NCBI GenBank assembly: GCA_025963725.1 | Contig: JAOQAE010000006.1 | Span: forward strand, 769,952 to 833,951 | Source of the DNA: Bacteroidota bacterium | Lineage (GTDB): Bacteria; Bacteroidota; Bacteroidia; 2-12-FULL-35-15 | DNA length: 64,000 nt | Reading direction: 5' to 3' | Shown here: in pieces, positions 61,219-64,000 of the stretch | Layout of the letters: each line of letters begins with the position of its first letter | Position numbering within the stretch: position 1 is the stretch's first letter | The notes under the pieces: generated by a model | Database searches by the model: none | Seen by the model: only the letters and a program-made list of their open reading frames with translations | Told to the model about the DNA's origin: nothing | Made by a program: the position numbers and the translations under genes

Positions 61219-61491
61219 AGGGTTATTGTTTTAGAAGGTGGTAAAAATAAATGTTAATAATTACATATTCGCGTAGGTAAATAGCACAAATAGAACTATC
61301 TTTTTTCTGGAGTTTTAACTATTTCTTTTAAAGAGTCAGCCTTGGTGAATGGCTTGATTTTATTGGGAGTTAGACAAAAAATCAACATTCAACGTGTTGA
61401 CTGTAAGCTGGTTACAATAACAACAATTAAATCTTTATGCCAACATTAAAAAGGAAGGATAAAATGGGAATTAAATGCCTGCGGCAGCGCC

Positions 61492-62316
61492 TCAGAACAG
61501 CGACATTTGCTCTGCCTTTAAGCGTACGCGGCTTGTTTCGGAAAGGGGCCCGCCGGCAATTTCATATACAGGCATTTCCCCGTAACGGGAAGCAACAACA
61601 ATAGAAGTACTGCCGGCATGGCGGCTGAAAAGCTCATGTACCAGTTCCGGCGTATTATTGTTTTTAGAAAGGTGGGCAAGCAATAAAAGGCTTAAGGAAG
61701 AAGAGCGGTGCTTTAAAAAAACATCGAGCGCCTGGCGGTTGGATAAGTGTCCGTGCCCGCCGCTGATGCGCTTTTTCAGGTAATAAGGATAATTGCCCTC
61801 CTGCAGCATCTGCTCATCGTAATTAGCTTCAAGAAAAGCAGCATGGCATTTTTTGAAATGGTGCATCAGGTGCTCGCAGGGCGCGCCAATATCGGTATAA
61901 ACACCTATGTTCACACCATTGCCGCTAATGGTGAAGCTGTATGGATCCGCAGCATCGTGGCGCTTCCGGAAAGGAACAACGGTTAATCCGCCGATCGTTA
62001 TTTCCTCATGCGCTTCAAATGAATACAGCAGCAGGGGATCGATCTTCAGCTTTCCCGACACCAGCGTTTTTTCTGTTATGTAAATCGGCAGCCGGTATTT
62101 TTTTGCAAGCACCTCCACGCCGCGGATGTGATCGGAGTGCTCATGCGAAACAAAAAGCGCTTTCACTTTTTCCATCGACAAGCCAAGGCGTGCCATGCGC
62201 TTGTCGGTTTCCCTGCAGGAGATGCCGGCATCCACCAACACGGCTTCCTCGCTATTACCTACGTAATAACAGTTGCCGTTGCTGCCTGAATTGAGTGAAG
62301 TGATAAAAAGTGACAT
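61492..62316 (-). CDS. MBL-fold metallo-hydrolase (YycJ/WalJ-like)
   Basis: SGSNGN, SHEHSDH, HDA, LEANYD, GHLSN, HLSKNNN; TATCTTTG box at 62325-62332 on the minus strand. Confidence 0.92.
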   Translation of the reverse strand: MSLFITSLNSGSNGNCYYVGNSEEAVLVDAGISCRETDKRMARLGLSMEKVKALFVSHEHSDHIRGVEVLAKKYRLPIYITEKTLVSGKLKIDPLLLYSFEAHEEITIGGLTVVPFRKRHDAADPYSFTISGNGVNIGVYTDIGAPCEHLMHHFKKCHAAFLEANYDEQMLQEGNYPYYLKKRISGGHGHLSNRQALDVFLKHRSSSLSLLLLAHLSKNNNTPELVHELFSRHAGSTSIVVASRYGEMPVYEIAGGPLSETSRVRLKAEQMSLF

Positions 62317-62382
62317 GAAGGCTGCAAAGATAAGGGATATTCAGGGCTATAAGAGCGATGTGGAAAAATAAATCACCCTGGC

Positions 62383-62498
62383 GTCAGTTCGAGTGTTTCT
62401 CTGACGATAGGAAGAGAAACGTATCGAGAACGCGCCAATAAAGATATTTGCTATCAACACTTCTCGATACGCTCCTTTCAGTCGCACTCGAAGTGACA
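62383..62498. repeat. Composite inverted-repeat (REP/MITE-like) element
   Basis: gtcagttcgagtg/cactcgaagtgac outer arms and cgtatcgagaa/ttctcgatacg inner arms. Confidence 0.7.
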
Positions 62499-62530
62499 TC
62501 CCGTTAATCTGTAGAAGTCCTGCTCAATAT

Positions 62531-63631
62531 CTAATTCAGCCTGTACATTTTTCCAGGCAATGAACGCACGATGCCTGAAAACTCCAGCGTAAGCAACAAT
62601 GAAGAAACCTTGCTCATCGGCATTTTCGCAAGATGGCAGATCTCATCCACGTTCACCGTATCTTTTTCCTTCAGCACATTCACCAGCACTTCCTCCTCCG
62701 GCTTTAGCTCTAGGAACAATTGCCGCTGCTGTGGTGCATTCTTTTTTTTCAGCTGCTCCCAGCCCATGATGTAGATCACATCTTCCGCCGACTGGATCAG
62801 CGCTGCCTTGTTCTGCCTGATGATCGCATTGCAGCCTTCGGAAGCCACATCGCCGATCCTTCCCGGGAATGCCAACACATCACGGTTATAGCTGTTGGCA
62901 ATATCGGCGGTGATGAGCGAGCCGCCGTCCTTTTTTGATTCCACCACAATGGTCGCATCCGCGATCCCCGCCACGATCCTGTTCCTTCTCGGGAAATTTT
63001 CCCTGTCGGGCTTTGTATTGCTTGTAAAATCACTGAGCAATCCGCCCTGCCGGATCATCTTTTCCGCTACCGCCTTGTGCACCCCGGGATACACTTTATC
63101 AAGCCCGTGCGCAAACACACCGATGGTTTGCAGGCCATTGTCCATCGCAGCCTTGTGCGCATACACATCTATGCCGTAAGCAAGCCCGCTCACGATCACA
63201 GGGTTGAACGGCGCAAGATCCGCAACTAATTTTTCACACAGCGCCCTTCCGTAATCGGTGGCTTCACGCGTGCCTACGATGCTGATGATCTTTTCCGCAT
63301 TGAGGTCCACATCGCCCTTCAGGTAAAGCAGGATGGGGCTGTCTTCACAATGCGTAAGCCGCCTTGGATAAACCGGATCGAGATAGAACACCGGCGTGAT
63401 CCCATTCTTCTCAATGAATTTTATCTCTTCCTCCGCACGCGAAAAAACATTCTGCCCCAGCACAGCTTTCGCATACACTGTTCCAATGCCCGGAATTTTT
63501 TCGAGTGCTGTTCTCTTTTCTTTGAAAACCGCTTCCACGCCTCCGCAATAAGCTACCAGCCGCTTGGCGAGTATATCGCCGATGTTGGGGATCAGCGTAA
63601 GCGCGATCCTGTACTTTAAACTTTCATTCAT
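62531..63631 (-). CDS. dprA: DNA-processing protein DprA
   Basis: SIVGTR, VSGLAYGID, FPRRNRIVAG, GSLITA, C-terminal winged helix. Confidence 0.96.
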   Translation of the reverse strand: MNESLKYRIALTLIPNIGDILAKRLVAYCGGVEAVFKEKRTALEKIPGIGTVYAKAVLGQNVFSRAEEEIKFIEKNGITPVFYLDPVYPRRLTHCEDSPILLYLKGDVDLNAEKIISIVGTREATDYGRALCEKLVADLAPFNPVIVSGLAYGIDVYAHKAAMDNGLQTIGVFAHGLDKVYPGVHKAVAEKMIRQGGLLSDFTSNTKPDRENFPRRNRIVAGIADATIVVESKKDGGSLITADIANSYNRDVLAFPGRIGDVASEGCNAIIRQNKAALIQSAEDVIYIMGWEQLKKKNAPQQRQLFLELKPEEEVLVNVLKEKDTVNVDEICHLAKMPMSKVSSLLLTLEFSGIVRSLPGKMYRLN

Positions 63632-63853
63632 AAATTAAAAAGGCAATTGAAAAGAAGATCATCCCTGATCCTGAACAACAGCTCCCGGAGTATTGGGCCT
63701 GCTGTTCCATTTGTGTTAAAATGCAATTATTTGTACATTGCACTATCCATAGAACGCAAAAATAGGAATTAATGCAAGCAGGGCTGTTTCTGTTGAAAAT
63801 TAATTTCCTTTTATTGCCCTGCGGAGATGCTTAACAGAAACCTCAGACAGTAC

Positions 63854-64000
63854 ATGAAAAAATTACTTACTCCGATACTTTTCCTGCAGGCCATAGGTTC
63901 ATTATTTGCCCAAAGCTCTTATTTAAAGGGACGGATCTCCGATTCCAAAACAAAGGAAACGATCGTTGGCGCCAGCGTGGTGATCGACGATTCCACGGGA
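63854..64000 (+). CDS. N-terminus of an exported protein, probably a TonB-dependent receptor (3'-truncated)
   Basis: MKKLLTPILFLQAIGSLFAQSSYLKGRISDSKTKETIVGASVVI: signal peptide plus start of a carboxypeptidase-regulatory-like domain. Confidence 0.7.
   Translation, partial: MKKLLTPILFLQAIGSLFAQSSYLKGRISDSKTKETIVGASVVIDDSTG

Overview
Bacterial chromosomal window, almost certainly Bacteroidota: it has T9SS C-terminal sorting domains, TAnnTTTG -7 promoter boxes and a Flavobacterium-type actABCDEF-ctaCD operon. The core content is the 3' part of infB, the alternative complex III plus aa3-type oxidase operon, an ABC-F ATPase, a TonB receptor with a HmuTUV-like haem ABC transporter, a DEAD-box helicase and dprA. 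Notable accessory features: (1) a ~2.1 kb integrase-less cassette (AT-rich Swt1-like HEPN gene, XRE regulator and a small ORF with three TGTC-N12-GAC palindromes) bracketed by 203-bp direct repeats of the ABC-F 3' end, whose five coding differences are all synonymous; (2) six SpoIIE/PP2C phosphatases, four as a tandem receptor operon and one paired with a STAS-like protein, with no kinase in the window; (3) a candidate PPP-type leader/arrest protein and hairpin upstream of the haem TonB receptor; (4) several REP-like and heptamer intergenic repeats. No rRNA, tRNA, CRISPR array, integrase or transposase was seen. All family assignments come from motif recognition by eye, not database searches.
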